From positions 2,332-66,331 of the IMG/VR virus record IMGVR_UViG_2833692911_000002: a stretch of 64,000 nucleotides of DNA; one strand, 5' to 3'. The position numbers and the translations under genes are program-made. Below, in pieces: positions 36,724 to 46,233 of the stretch. The notes below the pieces were generated by a model. It ran no database searches, was not told the origin of the DNA, and saw only the letters and a program-made list of their open reading frames with translations. This DNA comes from a virus. Taxonomy: Duplodnaviria > Caudoviricetes. Position 1 is the first letter of the stretch, and each line of letters starts with the position of its first letter.

Positions 36724-37434
36724 TTACGGAGTTTTCGAAGCGTTTCGTTTATCTCGCGATTCGCGGGCCTTCAAAAATCGCTCGGCTAACTTATCTTGGT
36801 TTACACCCCTTGCGCGCCTCTGCGACACAAACCGCTCAAGGATAGCGTATTCTTCATCGTAGCTTTTTTGCTTTTTGTAAAAGTCCGCAAGCGCTTTGTA
36901 TGATCTGGCCGCTACACCACCGCCCGATTTTTTCGCCTCAATCTCCTCCTTGTCAATGTCGGCGAGCAGCGCTTTTACAGCTTCAACATCGTTTCCAGCC
37001 TCCATGAGTTTCTTGGCGGTCGATACTGGTGTTATCCGTGGCGGGGAGTATTGTGCGTACCCATCTTTGGGGCCGACGATTTGGTACATAATCTCGACGT
37101 AGTCGTCTTCGCCGACATATGTTTTGAGTATTCGTGGAAGAATATCGTTTTGAATACCCAATGCAGCTATCTTACTAGCTGTGTCTGCGTCTACGTATCC
37201 CAGTATTTTAACCTTCGTACCCCACAGACCTTTCCATCGGCCCATGATTCTGATTGCGTTCCTATCGTAAGGATTGGCCGCATCCAGATCGAAATAGATG
37301 GCTTTCTCTCTGGATCTGCAAAACGAAATAGCATCCTTCCGATAATGGTGAATACCAGCGATGGATAGCCGCTCTTCGTAGATGCGGTGAGTGTCGGGAT
37401 AGGTGGAGTTTTCCAGGTGGTATTGCTTATGCAT
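36724..37434 (-). CDS. HIRAN-like domain moron protein
   Basis: SIAGIHHY...NPYDRNAIRI...LGYV; counter-oriented, AT-richer. Confidence 0.7.
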   Translation of the reverse strand: MHKQYHLENSTYPDTHRIYEERLSIAGIHHYRKDAISFCRSREKAIYFDLDAANPYDRNAIRIMGRWKGLWGTKVKILGYVDADTASKIAALGIQNDILPRILKTYVGEDDYVEIMYQIVGPKDGYAQYSPPRITPVSTAKKLMEAGNDVEAVKALLADIDKEEIEAKKSGGGVAARSYKALADFYKKQKSYDEEYAILERFVSQRRARGVNQDKLAERFLKARESRDKRNASKTP

Positions 37435-37610
37435 GTTGCGCCCCCATTCATTTGTCGAGGATGTAAAATTCAATGATGGGTTGTCTAGCCAGATTCTGTG
37501 TTGAGCCCCGAATGACGACGATCACCATGGCAAAACATGGAGTGGAGATAGGGTTGCGTCCCCCAGGATGGGTCAAGTTGACGGCGGGCAACAGTTTGCC
37601 GTCTTGTCCA

Positions 37611-37946
37611 TCAGAACACGCCAGCCATATCAAGTGCTTGCCTCCACGTCGGGTCGAACATTTGGAGGTCATCGCATATAGATAAGTCGCCGTTATACTT
37701 TGTCGTCTTAACCGGCTCGCCTTTTTTGTCTGGCAGGGTTTCTTTCGCCATCCTGATGCACTCAGCTGCCGAAAATTTGGATTTTAATAGCGTCGCCTGA
37801 TTCTCAAGTGAGGCTTCGCGGTTAGACTTCTCGCGACGTTCGTTCTCGCGTTGGTGGGCACTGTACTCTCCCCAAGCATAATAGCCGCCGCCAGAAATGA
37901 TGACGACGCACGCGCACGCAACGAGCGCCTTCAACCAGTTATCCAT
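37611..37946 (-). CDS. Membrane-anchored moron protein
   Basis: N-terminal TM segment; SD GGAGG. Confidence 0.7.
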   Translation of the reverse strand: MDNWLKALVACACVVIISGGGYYAWGEYSAHQRENERREKSNREASLENQATLLKSKFSAAECIRMAKETLPDKKGEPVKTTKYNGDLSICDDLQMFDPTWRQALDMAGVF

Positions 37947-37959
37947 TGGATCGCCTCCC

Positions 37960-37982
37960 AGCTCGCCATTGGCGGGCTTTTT
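37960..37982 (+). terminator. Terminator-like hairpin just upstream of tape measure gene
   Basis: AGCTCGCC-ATT-GGCGGGCT followed by Ts. Confidence 0.5.
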
Positions 37983-37999
37983 CACGTTAGGACACCGAC

Positions 38000-40345
38000 T
38001 TGGCCGGCAACAACAGTGATGATCTGATTATCTCAATCAGCACCGATCTTGCAACCGTAAAGCGTGCGCTAAATCGGCTGGTGTCGGACGTAGGCGCAGC
38101 ATCCAACGGCATTGAGAAACGTTTTGCCGCTACCGGTAAGTCGATCAACAACTCGCTCACCACCTCTATGCAGGATCGCATCAACAGCATGGTGGGGATA
38201 GGTACGACGGCAGCAAAAGAATGGAACGGGGTTCTCGCTGATCAGCAGAAAGAGCTTGATCGCCTCCGCGCCAAATACAGCCCGTTGTTCGCAACAATTT
38301 CGAATTATAAGAACGCGGTCGCCGAAATTAGGCAGGCCCATGCCGCTGGCGCAATTTCTGCCAACGAGATGGCGTCTGCGATCCAGAGAGAGCGACAGGC
38401 GGCGCTTGCGTCGACCGCGGCCATCAAGGGTCGCAATGCCGCTCTGAAGGCTACGGTCACGACGAGCAGCGGCAACAGCTTCAATACCGCAAACATTGCC
38501 GCTCAGTTCCAGGACATCGGCGTGACCGCAGCGATGGGGATGTCTCCCATCCAGATCGCCCTGCAGCAGGGCACCCAGCTTTCGGCCGTCCTGCAGCAAA
38601 TTAAAGATAGCGGGCAGGGCGTCGGCCAAGGTCTCGCGGCAGCTTTCGCGTCGGTTATTTCTCCGTTGTCGCTGGTAACGATTGGCGTCATCGCCGCAGG
38701 CACAGCGGCATTTCAGTATTTTTCGACGATTATGAGCGAAGGCGATAAGTCAGCCGAAGTGCTCAAAGAGCAAGCTGCGCTAATTGCTGCCGTCGCCGAA
38801 CGCTGGGGCGATGCCGTTCCCGCTTTACGCGACTACGCCGACCAGCTGAAACGGGCGCAAGACAATGCCGACCTCACCAAGGGCGCCGACATTGTAAATA
38901 CCAACACGCTCGCTGACGTCCGCAAAGAGGTCGAAAGTACGCGCGCCACCATTGCCGATCTGGTTTCGCAACTTCAGTCTGCAGGTGAAGAAGCTGACGT
39001 TATCAAGAACCTCCAGTCAGCATTCAATGACTTCGCGAAGGCTGCCGAAGAAGGAAAGGCACAGACTGAAGATGTCGACCGTGTGCAGGCCGCTCTAAGT
39101 GCGGCGATCAACAGCACCGGCATCCCCGCGCTCGCTGAGTTCGCCAAATACTTCTCCACACTGTCGGCGGCAGCGCTGACTGCCGCGGATAGCGTCCAAA
39201 AGGTCAATGAAGTCACATCTGTTGCGACCTCCAGGATCAATGATCCGAGGACGTGGCGCGGAGCAGGCCAGCAAGATTCCCAATTCGGCGCTGACGCCAC
39301 AATCCAAGGAACGCAGTTTCCACTACCGGATAGCGGCCCTACACCAGAACGCCGTCCATCCGATCTGGATACAGACAAAAACAGAGGTTTCGGTACGCCG
39401 AAGCGGGCACGGGCTCCCAAAAAGACCGCGTCTGACCGCTTCGCAGAAGACCTTCAGGCTGTCCGAGATAGGACTGAGGCGTTGCGCCAGGAAATGAACC
39501 TTATTGGCTTGTCCAATGAGGCTCAAGTTAAGCGCCGTACAGCGCTAGACCTGGAGCAGAAGGCGCTGGCCGACCTTCGCGAAGAGGCTCGCAAGAAGGG
39601 CGAAAAAGACCTCGAAAGCATCACGCTGTCGCCCGACAAGATTGCTGCAATCGAACAGGAGTCTGCCGCATATGCTCGGCAATCCGAAGCGCTTAGGAAA
39701 GCGCAAGAGGAACAGCAGAAGCTGAACGAGTGGAACAACGTCGCGAGAGACGCAACGCGCGGATTCATCGACGATTTGATCCATGGCGAGAGTGCCGCTG
39801 ATGCATTTGCTGGCGCTCTCAGCCGCATTGCAGATGCCCTCCTGGACGATGTGCTCAATAGCATCTTCAAGGTCAACAACGCTGCTGGTGGCGGTGGCGG
39901 GTTCTTGAGCGGCCTATTCAGTCTGTTTGGCGGTGGGGCATCTCGGTATGCTGGCCTGTCAGGCGGGCTTTTCTCAGAAGGCGGCTTCACTGGTCCAGGC
40001 GGCAAATACCAACCTGCTGGCATCGTGCACAAAGGCGAGGTCGTTTGGTCGCAATCCGACGTGGCGCGGGCCGGTGGAGTAGGGGCAGTTGAAGCGCTGC
40101 GCAAAGGCTACGCCAACGGCGGCCCGGTCGGAATCTCGGTTCCGAGCGTTCCGAGTTTGCGATCCATGTCAGCGCAATCTGCCGGTGTCGTCGTCAACTT
40201 CAATCCCGTCATCGACAATCGCGGCGCATCTGTTGAAGCCGTCGCCAGACAGGAAAAGGCGCTGGCCAAGATGCAAGGCGAACTGCAAAGCCGGGTTGAG
40301 GCCGCCGTTCGGTCCGCTCAGAAGCGAAACGTGAAGTTGGGGTAA
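38000..40345 (+). CDS. Tail tape measure protein
   Basis: NIAAQFQDI...IALQQGTQ; Ala-rich helical; GGFTGPGGKYQPAGIVHKGE. Confidence 0.92.
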   Translation: MAGNNSDDLIISISTDLATVKRALNRLVSDVGAASNGIEKRFAATGKSINNSLTTSMQDRINSMVGIGTTAAKEWNGVLADQQKELDRLRAKYSPLFATISNYKNAVAEIRQAHAAGAISANEMASAIQRERQAALASTAAIKGRNAALKATVTTSSGNSFNTANIAAQFQDIGVTAAMGMSPIQIALQQGTQLSAVLQQIKDSGQGVGQGLAAAFASVISPLSLVTIGVIAAGTAAFQYFSTIMSEGDKSAEVLKEQAALIAAVAERWGDAVPALRDYADQLKRAQDNADLTKGADIVNTNTLADVRKEVESTRATIADLVSQLQSAGEEADVIKNLQSAFNDFAKAAEEGKAQTEDVDRVQAALSAAINSTGIPALAEFAKYFSTLSAAALTAADSVQKVNEVTSVATSRINDPRTWRGAGQQDSQFGADATIQGTQFPLPDSGPTPERRPSDLDTDKNRGFGTPKRARAPKKTASDRFAEDLQAVRDRTEALRQEMNLIGLSNEAQVKRRTALDLEQKALADLREEARKKGEKDLESITLSPDKIAAIEQESAAYARQSEALRKAQEEQQKLNEWNNVARDATRGFIDDLIHGESAADAFAGALSRIADALLDDVLNSIFKVNNAAGGGGGFLSGLFSLFGGGASRYAGLSGGLFSEGGFTGPGGKYQPAGIVHKGEVVWSQSDVARAGGVGAVEALRKGYANGGPVGISVPSVPSLRSMSAQSAGVVVNFNPVIDNRGASVEAVARQEKALAKMQGELQSRVEAAVRSAQKRNVKLG

Positions 40346-40348
40346 GGC

Positions 40349-40993
40349 ATGACAATCACATACCCGCTCCCAACTTCGTTTTTCGATGAGTTCCCAGGCT
40401 GGTCGACGGAGTTCAATCTGCTTTGGCGACAAGAACAGTCGCGCACAGCAGGCGGCCAGACGGTCGTCAAGGACATGGGGTCACCACTCTGGCAGATGAC
40501 GGCGCAATCGCGATCAATGAAGCCGAACGAGCTAGACTACTGGCGAGCGCGGCTGACGAGCTTGGAAAACGGGCTCAAGACCTTCCGCGCATTCCCGAAG
40601 TCGCGCTGTTTCCCGGTGGCGTATCCGAATGGCAGCTGGCCGACCGGAGGCGCATTCGCCGGGGTGGGGCAGGTGGCTACGATTGCGAGTAACCGCAAGG
40701 CAATCTCCCTGTCGGGCCTGCCCGCTGGCTACAAGGTTTCGGTCGGCGATTACATCCAGATCGGCGACAAAGACCTGCATATGGCGATGGAGCCTATGAC
40801 GGCCAGTGGCGGCGGCGTGACAACGCAGTTTGAGGTTCGCCCGCATCTTTGGCCAGGTGTTACGGCGCCTGTCGCCGCAACGCTGGTCAAGCCTTCCTGC
40901 ATCATGGCGATCGTGCCTGGCTCGATCTCGACCACTGCCGACATGGCGACGGGTCGCGGCACGGTCACGTTTCAGGCGATTGAAGCCCGGTAG
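40349..40993 (+). CDS. Distal tail protein-like
   Basis: Follows tape measure; synteny. Confidence 0.7.
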   Translation: MTITYPLPTSFFDEFPGWSTEFNLLWRQEQSRTAGGQTVVKDMGSPLWQMTAQSRSMKPNELDYWRARLTSLENGLKTFRAFPKSRCFPVAYPNGSWPTGGAFAGVGQVATIASNRKAISLSGLPAGYKVSVGDYIQIGDKDLHMAMEPMTASGGGVTTQFEVRPHLWPGVTAPVAATLVKPSCIMAIVPGSISTTADMATGRGTVTFQAIEAR

Positions 40994-41227
40994 TCATTGA
41001 AGCTTTACGCCAAAATGTGCGGCAATCATCTTCGATTCCCGCGTGCCCTTGGCAACTTCACGATCAACGCACTTCGCGTACTGCTCGGTGCCCTTCTTGT
41101 CACGGCAAGAGCGTTCGGCGTTCCTGTTGACTGCTTTTCTCCAATCGAACGGCTCTGACTTTACGATCGGTCCTTGTTGGCATGCAGTCAGGCACGCGGC
41201 CGATAGCGCGAAGATTAAGCACTTCAT
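40994..41227 (-). CDS. Small lipoprotein moron
   Basis: Lipobox LTAC; counter-oriented. Confidence 0.7.
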   Translation of the reverse strand: MKCLIFALSAACLTACQQGPIVKSEPFDWRKAVNRNAERSCRDKKGTEQYAKCVDREVAKGTRESKMIAAHFGVKLQ

Positions 41228-41781
41228 GAAATTTCCGGCTCCTGCCTACTGAATACAATGAACTTGATCCAGCTTATGAACTTCACAAGGGGATCGGTTG
41301 CGCCGAAATAGAAGAATGCGACGAGAAGGGTAGACGCCGACGAGTTGCTGAACGGACTGGCATAAAACGTGAGGCCGCGCCTGCTGGGTCCATCGCCGAA
41401 TGGAAGAAGTAAGCCAACAAGCACCACTGGGACAATCATTGCGTGAACGACGGAAATTCCCCAGTTAAACGTGTTTTTGGGTCTGTTCAACTCCAATAGA
41501 AGCAAGGCGAGAAATCTGCAAATCATCAGGGAACTTGCGATGTAGTTGGAAAGTAAAAAGGTATTCCATCCGTTGAGGCTGCCAAAGTGGGCTTCGATCT
41601 GGCTAATGTAGTACAGATTGACGGGCCATATCAGCCAATAGTCAGCAGCAGCGAACTCGACCACCTTCTTCGCGAGAAAAAGCGGAGCAACCCATGCCCC
41701 GAAAAATGCCGCCGCGAACGTGGTAAGCGACACCGCCATAAACCTTTTCTCAAAATCCAAGACAGACTTTTCAATCACCAC
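41224..41781 (-). CDS. Multi-pass membrane moron protein
   Basis: About four hydrophobic segments; coupled to the lipoprotein gene. Confidence 0.65.
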   Translation of the reverse strand: MVIEKSVLDFEKRFMAVSLTTFAAAFFGAWVAPLFLAKKVVEFAAADYWLIWPVNLYYISQIEAHFGSLNGWNTFLLSNYIASSLMICRFLALLLLELNRPKNTFNWGISVVHAMIVPVVLVGLLLPFGDGPSRRGLTFYASPFSNSSASTLLVAFFYFGATDPLVKFISWIKFIVFSRQEPEIS

Positions 41782-41984
41782 TGCGCGGTTCCCATCGCAT
41801 TTGTTGAATTCGCGAGCTTACATCTCTGTCCGGTAGAAATGGAATGTCGGCGTTGCTTCTCGATACTCGAGCGCAGCTACGAAAGCACAATATTCCCCAG
41901 CAGTAGCGGGATTATGCTCAACTTTAAGTCTGTGTCTAGGCCACCTCAGGTGGCTTGTTGGCGCCAGATCCACACGGGAAATCA

Positions 41985-42650
41985 ATGAGAAACATCTCAG
42001 CAGAAAACCTTGCTGCGCTTGAGGCGCGGCAACTGGTGGCGCGTGACTTCCTCTGGTTTGTTGCGCGCGATCGAGCGACTGGTGCGCCGGTCACCGACGG
42101 CATGTGGTCTGACGTCGGAAACGTGTCTGCGGCCATCGTGCACCCAGATACAGGCTTGCCGGTCACGCGTGACTGGTACGGCTCCGGGACGCTCGTCCAG
42201 ATCGATGACATTCCGCTCGTTGCCAACCTTTCGGTGCAGAACGTCAATATCCGCTTGTCTCAAGTGAGTGAGCACGTGCAGACGCTCGTGCGGCAATACG
42301 ATTGCCGTCAGGCCCGCGTTGAGATTTATCGAGGCCTGTTCGATCCGGATAGCCGCCAGATGGTGGCGCCGGCTGAATGCCGCTTCGTTGGCTTTGTCGA
42401 CACCATCACGATCAACACTCCTTCCGAAAATGAGGAAGGCAGTGTGACGATGGTTTGCGCTAGCCATACGCAGGAGATGACGCGGTCCAACCCGTCAACG
42501 CGCAGTCACGCCACGCAGGTGCTTAGACAGGCTGGCGACGCCTTCTACACCGATGCTGACACCTCGTCCGAGTGGGAGTTCTTCTGGGGCTCCGAGAAGG
42601 GCAAGGTCGCCACGCAGCCGAAGAAGAAAAAGTTTCTAGGTTTGTTTTGA
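41985..42650 (+). CDS. Minor tail protein
   Basis: Position in tail-tip module. Confidence 0.7.
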   Translation: MRNISAENLAALEARQLVARDFLWFVARDRATGAPVTDGMWSDVGNVSAAIVHPDTGLPVTRDWYGSGTLVQIDDIPLVANLSVQNVNIRLSQVSEHVQTLVRQYDCRQARVEIYRGLFDPDSRQMVAPAECRFVGFVDTITINTPSENEEGSVTMVCASHTQEMTRSNPSTRSHATQVLRQAGDAFYTDADTSSEWEFFWGSEKGKVATQPKKKKFLGLF

Positions 42651-43078
42651 TGGGCGTGCGCTTCGCAACTACGCAGGACCGCGACCGTGTCGTGGCGCTC
42701 CTGCGTGAGAGCCATGAGGCCGCCGGCTTCACCTTTCCATTTCAGGCTGCGTACGCCGATCGGTTGTTTCAACAGCATCTGGCGTCGGACAAGGCCTGCG
42801 TTCTGGTCGCAGGGGATCCCGCACAAGGGGTGCTGATGGCCTGCGCTTTCGAGCATCCCTTCGGCGCTGGCCAAATCGCCAAGGAAACTGTCTGGTTCGT
42901 AACGCCAGAAGCGCGAGGCCGAGGTGCCACCAAGATGCTTGATGCCTACGAGGCGTGGGCGCGATCGGTCGGCTGCGTCTCTGCCGGCATGGCGTCTCTG
43001 GCAACCAATGACGTTTCTCGCCTCTACGAGCGGCGCGGCTATAGCGCTGTCGAAACTCATTTCATGAAGCCGCTCTAG
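42650..43078 (+). CDS. GNAT family acetyltransferase
   Basis: WFVTPEARGRG...LYERRGY. Confidence 0.85.
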   Translation: MGVRFATTQDRDRVVALLRESHEAAGFTFPFQAAYADRLFQQHLASDKACVLVAGDPAQGVLMACAFEHPFGAGQIAKETVWFVTPEARGRGATKMLDAYEAWARSVGCVSAGMASLATNDVSRLYERRGYSAVETHFMKPL

Positions 43079-43122
43079 CGGCTGACGCGCGCGTATAGCG
43101 CAGCGCACCCCAAGGAAAATCG

Positions 43123-46002
43123 ATGGCTATTTTTTCTGGTATCGCAGCCGCGATATCCGGCGTGGTATCGGCTGTCTCCGGTTTCATTGGCGGCCTTGGC
43201 GTTGTCGGCTCATTCCTGCTGAAGACTGCCGTTGGTGTCGGAGTGAGCCTTCTTGCTCAGTCGCTTGCCGGCAAGCCGAAAGACCCGACGTTCTCCATAA
43301 ACGGCACACTGCAGGGCGGCGGGGATGTTGCTCGCTCCTTCATCATGGGCCGCACCGCTACCGCTGGTTCGCTCGTGTTCGTCAACACGTGGGGGCAGGA
43401 TGGCGACACTCCGAACGCCTATCTGACGCAGGTTATCGCTCTGTCGGATCTGCCCGTGCGAGGCCTTGCCGAGGTCTGGGTCAATGGCGAGCTGGTGACG
43501 CTCGGCGTGCTGACGGATCGCGGCTATGCCGTCAACCAGTATCCGGACAGCCTCTGGGTCAAGTTCTACGACGGCACGCAGACGACGGCTGACAGCTTCC
43601 TGTTCACGTCGGTTTCCAACGGCAACAGGTGGTGGAACCCGGACCGCGTCGGACGCGGCGTTGCTTACGCCATCGTCACTGCTCGCGTTTCGAAGAACAT
43701 GTTTTCGGGCGTGCCGTCCTTCAAGTTCGTACTCGAAGGGCTGCGCCTCTACGATATCTCGCGTGACAGCACGCAAGGCGGCGTTGGTCCGCAGCGTTTT
43801 GCCGATCCGGCGACGTGGGGCGGCGACGGTGATTTCCTGCCAGCAGTCCAGATCTACAATCTGCTGCGAGGCATCACCTATAACGGCCAGTGGTTCTATG
43901 GCCTGCAAAACCTGTCCTCGTCTCGCCTGCCTGCCGCAGCGTGGATCGCCCAGATCGAGAAGCATCGCGCCGGTACGCTGGAATCAACCGGATGGGTAAA
44001 CACCTACCGCAGCGGCGGAGAAATTCAGGTCGATGCACCGCTGACCTCCGCCGTCGAGGCATTGCTGACGGCGTGCCAGGGCAGGATATCGGAAGTCGGG
44101 GGCGTCTATTATCTGCACTCCGGTGCACCTGATGCTCCCGTTATCGCCTTTACCGACGATGATATCCTGTCGACGGAAGAGCAGGAGTTTACACCGTTCC
44201 TCGGGCTCGCGGATACCATCAACGGCGTTTCCGCAAATTATCCGTCCCCTGCTGATGGCTGGGTCGCCAAGACCGCACCGCCGCTCTATCGGACAGACCT
44301 TGAGGCGATCGACGGCAACCGCCGCCTGATGGCTGACGTCGACCTGAACTTCGTTCCCTATCCGGAGCAGGTTCAGCGCTTGATGAAGTCGGCGCTGGAG
44401 GAGGCTCGACGCTTCCGCAGGCATACGATTGTCCTGCCGCCAAAGTTCTGGGCCTACGCGACGCCGGGAACGGTGTTCTCGTGGACGTCAGAGCGCAACG
44501 GCTATATCGCCAAACTGATGCGGATCGACGGCGTTGCCGATCGCGCCAACCTCGATGTGATGATTGACATTACTGAGGTTGATCCTGCCGATTATGACTG
44601 GAGCAGCGATACCGAATTTAAGCCGCCGGTTGACGGCCAGCTTGGGGTCATTCGTCCGACGCCGCAGCCTATTGTCGACTGGTTTGCAGAACCGGCCACG
44701 GTCAAGGACAGCTCCGGCGAGGATCGCCGACCCGCTATTCGGCTGACATGGGATAACAGCGATGGCCGCCTCGATGACGTGATCGGCATCGAATACGAGG
44801 TGCGGCTACAAGCTACGCTGGAGAAGGTCTCCGAAGGCCGCACAGACCAGCCGCAGGTCGGCTCGATGCTTATCTCGCAAAGCCTCCTGCCGGCTGAAAG
44901 CTACGTTGTCCGCGGGCGATACATCCCCGGCGGCGACAGGCCCGTGCTGTGGTCTGGGTTCATTCCTGTCATCACGCCGAATGTCTTGCTGACCGACAAG
45001 GACGTCTTCGTTGACGTCGATTTGACCGGAGTTGAAGAAGCGCTGGGTTGGCTCCGCAATAGCACCCGAACCGCACAGGACGCCATTGACGGTATCCTTG
45101 CGGGAATGATGGAGCTTTCGGTTGTTGCCTACAAGGACACGAGAAACCTTGCCAGAGAGTTTTCTGTCGAACTCGGCGCGGCACGGGCTGAATATCGCGA
45201 GGATATCCAGCTTGCCGTAAACGAAACCATGGCCGTGGCTGGAAAGGTCGAAACGCTGACGGCGGCGCTGGGCGGCAGTTCGGCGTTCGTCAATGTGGCC
45301 TGGGCAGCTCTCGCAACGCCGGCAGGGTATGCTGCGCGGTACGGCGTGACGGCCGCAGTGAATGACGGTCAATATCGCTCGGCGTCATTGCTGTTGGATG
45401 TCCCGTCGAACCCGTCCAGCCCAACACGGCTTGTGGGCTTCGCTGACCAGTTTGTCATCGCCAGCGGAGACATGTCGGTCATCAAGCAGCCGTTCGTTGT
45501 TCAGGATGGCATCCTCTATGCCAAGGACATCAGGGCTAACAGTCTTTCTGCGTTCTCGGCCGTGCTTGGCAACGTCGACATTTCGAGCGCCTACATCGGG
45601 ACCCTGACTGTTGGCACATCGAATATCGATCCAGGCGCTATCACCGCAGCGGCATCCGATGTTCTTCCCGGAAACGGGTCTGTCGACATCACGCTTACGC
45701 ACGGCCTTGGCTCTCCGCGTGTTCAGGTCGATGTGGTGGGGAAGGTGTTTTCTGGAACGTCAACCGATCAGCAGTACGTGAGCTTCACTCTGCGAAACGT
45801 CACCGACAACGCCGACATCGAAACCTTCCTGGTGTTCTCGAAAACGACACCGGCCGCCGGTGCTGCGCGCCTCCTTGGGGCAACCACGTATCTGTTCAAC
45901 CCGCCAAGCGGGCGAACTCAAACCACGTTCAGGCTGACCGCAACGCCATTCGGGGCAACGCCTGTCAATTCCACAATCGTTGCTCAAGCATTCAAGAGGT
46001 AA
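43123..46002 (+). CDS. Central tail tip / host-specificity protein
   Basis: 959 aa; RGVAYAIV; DUF1983-like ADQFVI...PFVV region. Confidence 0.85.
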   Translation: MAIFSGIAAAISGVVSAVSGFIGGLGVVGSFLLKTAVGVGVSLLAQSLAGKPKDPTFSINGTLQGGGDVARSFIMGRTATAGSLVFVNTWGQDGDTPNAYLTQVIALSDLPVRGLAEVWVNGELVTLGVLTDRGYAVNQYPDSLWVKFYDGTQTTADSFLFTSVSNGNRWWNPDRVGRGVAYAIVTARVSKNMFSGVPSFKFVLEGLRLYDISRDSTQGGVGPQRFADPATWGGDGDFLPAVQIYNLLRGITYNGQWFYGLQNLSSSRLPAAAWIAQIEKHRAGTLESTGWVNTYRSGGEIQVDAPLTSAVEALLTACQGRISEVGGVYYLHSGAPDAPVIAFTDDDILSTEEQEFTPFLGLADTINGVSANYPSPADGWVAKTAPPLYRTDLEAIDGNRRLMADVDLNFVPYPEQVQRLMKSALEEARRFRRHTIVLPPKFWAYATPGTVFSWTSERNGYIAKLMRIDGVADRANLDVMIDITEVDPADYDWSSDTEFKPPVDGQLGVIRPTPQPIVDWFAEPATVKDSSGEDRRPAIRLTWDNSDGRLDDVIGIEYEVRLQATLEKVSEGRTDQPQVGSMLISQSLLPAESYVVRGRYIPGGDRPVLWSGFIPVITPNVLLTDKDVFVDVDLTGVEEALGWLRNSTRTAQDAIDGILAGMMELSVVAYKDTRNLAREFSVELGAARAEYREDIQLAVNETMAVAGKVETLTAALGGSSAFVNVAWAALATPAGYAARYGVTAAVNDGQYRSASLLLDVPSNPSSPTRLVGFADQFVIASGDMSVIKQPFVVQDGILYAKDIRANSLSAFSAVLGNVDISSAYIGTLTVGTSNIDPGAITAAASDVLPGNGSVDITLTHGLGSPRVQVDVVGKVFSGTSTDQQYVSFTLRNVTDNADIETFLVFSKTTPAAGAARLLGATTYLFNPPSGRTQTTFRLTATPFGATPVNSTIVAQAFKR

Positions 46003-46005
46003 TCC

Positions 46006-46233
46006 ATGACAGCCGGAAATCAGATGCAGGTTGACGCCTCCGTCATCCTGCATGAGGCGGAACTGCGCGAAACGTTCCTGAAGAACCGCACGCTTCTGCT
46101 CTCACAGCAGCTTCTGATGCAAAAGCAGGAGAACCAGATCCTTCTCGACAAGATCAACGGCCTTGAAGCCGATCTGCGCCTCGCGAAAGGTGAGGGCGAT
46201 CCCGTCGATAACGGTAACGGAGCATCCGAATAA
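46006..46233 (+). CDS. Small coiled-coil tail-region protein
   Basis: SD GAGG; coupled to fibre gene. Confidence 0.65.
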   Translation: MTAGNQMQVDASVILHEAELRETFLKNRTLLLSQQLLMQKQENQILLDKINGLEADLRLAKGEGDPVDNGNGASE

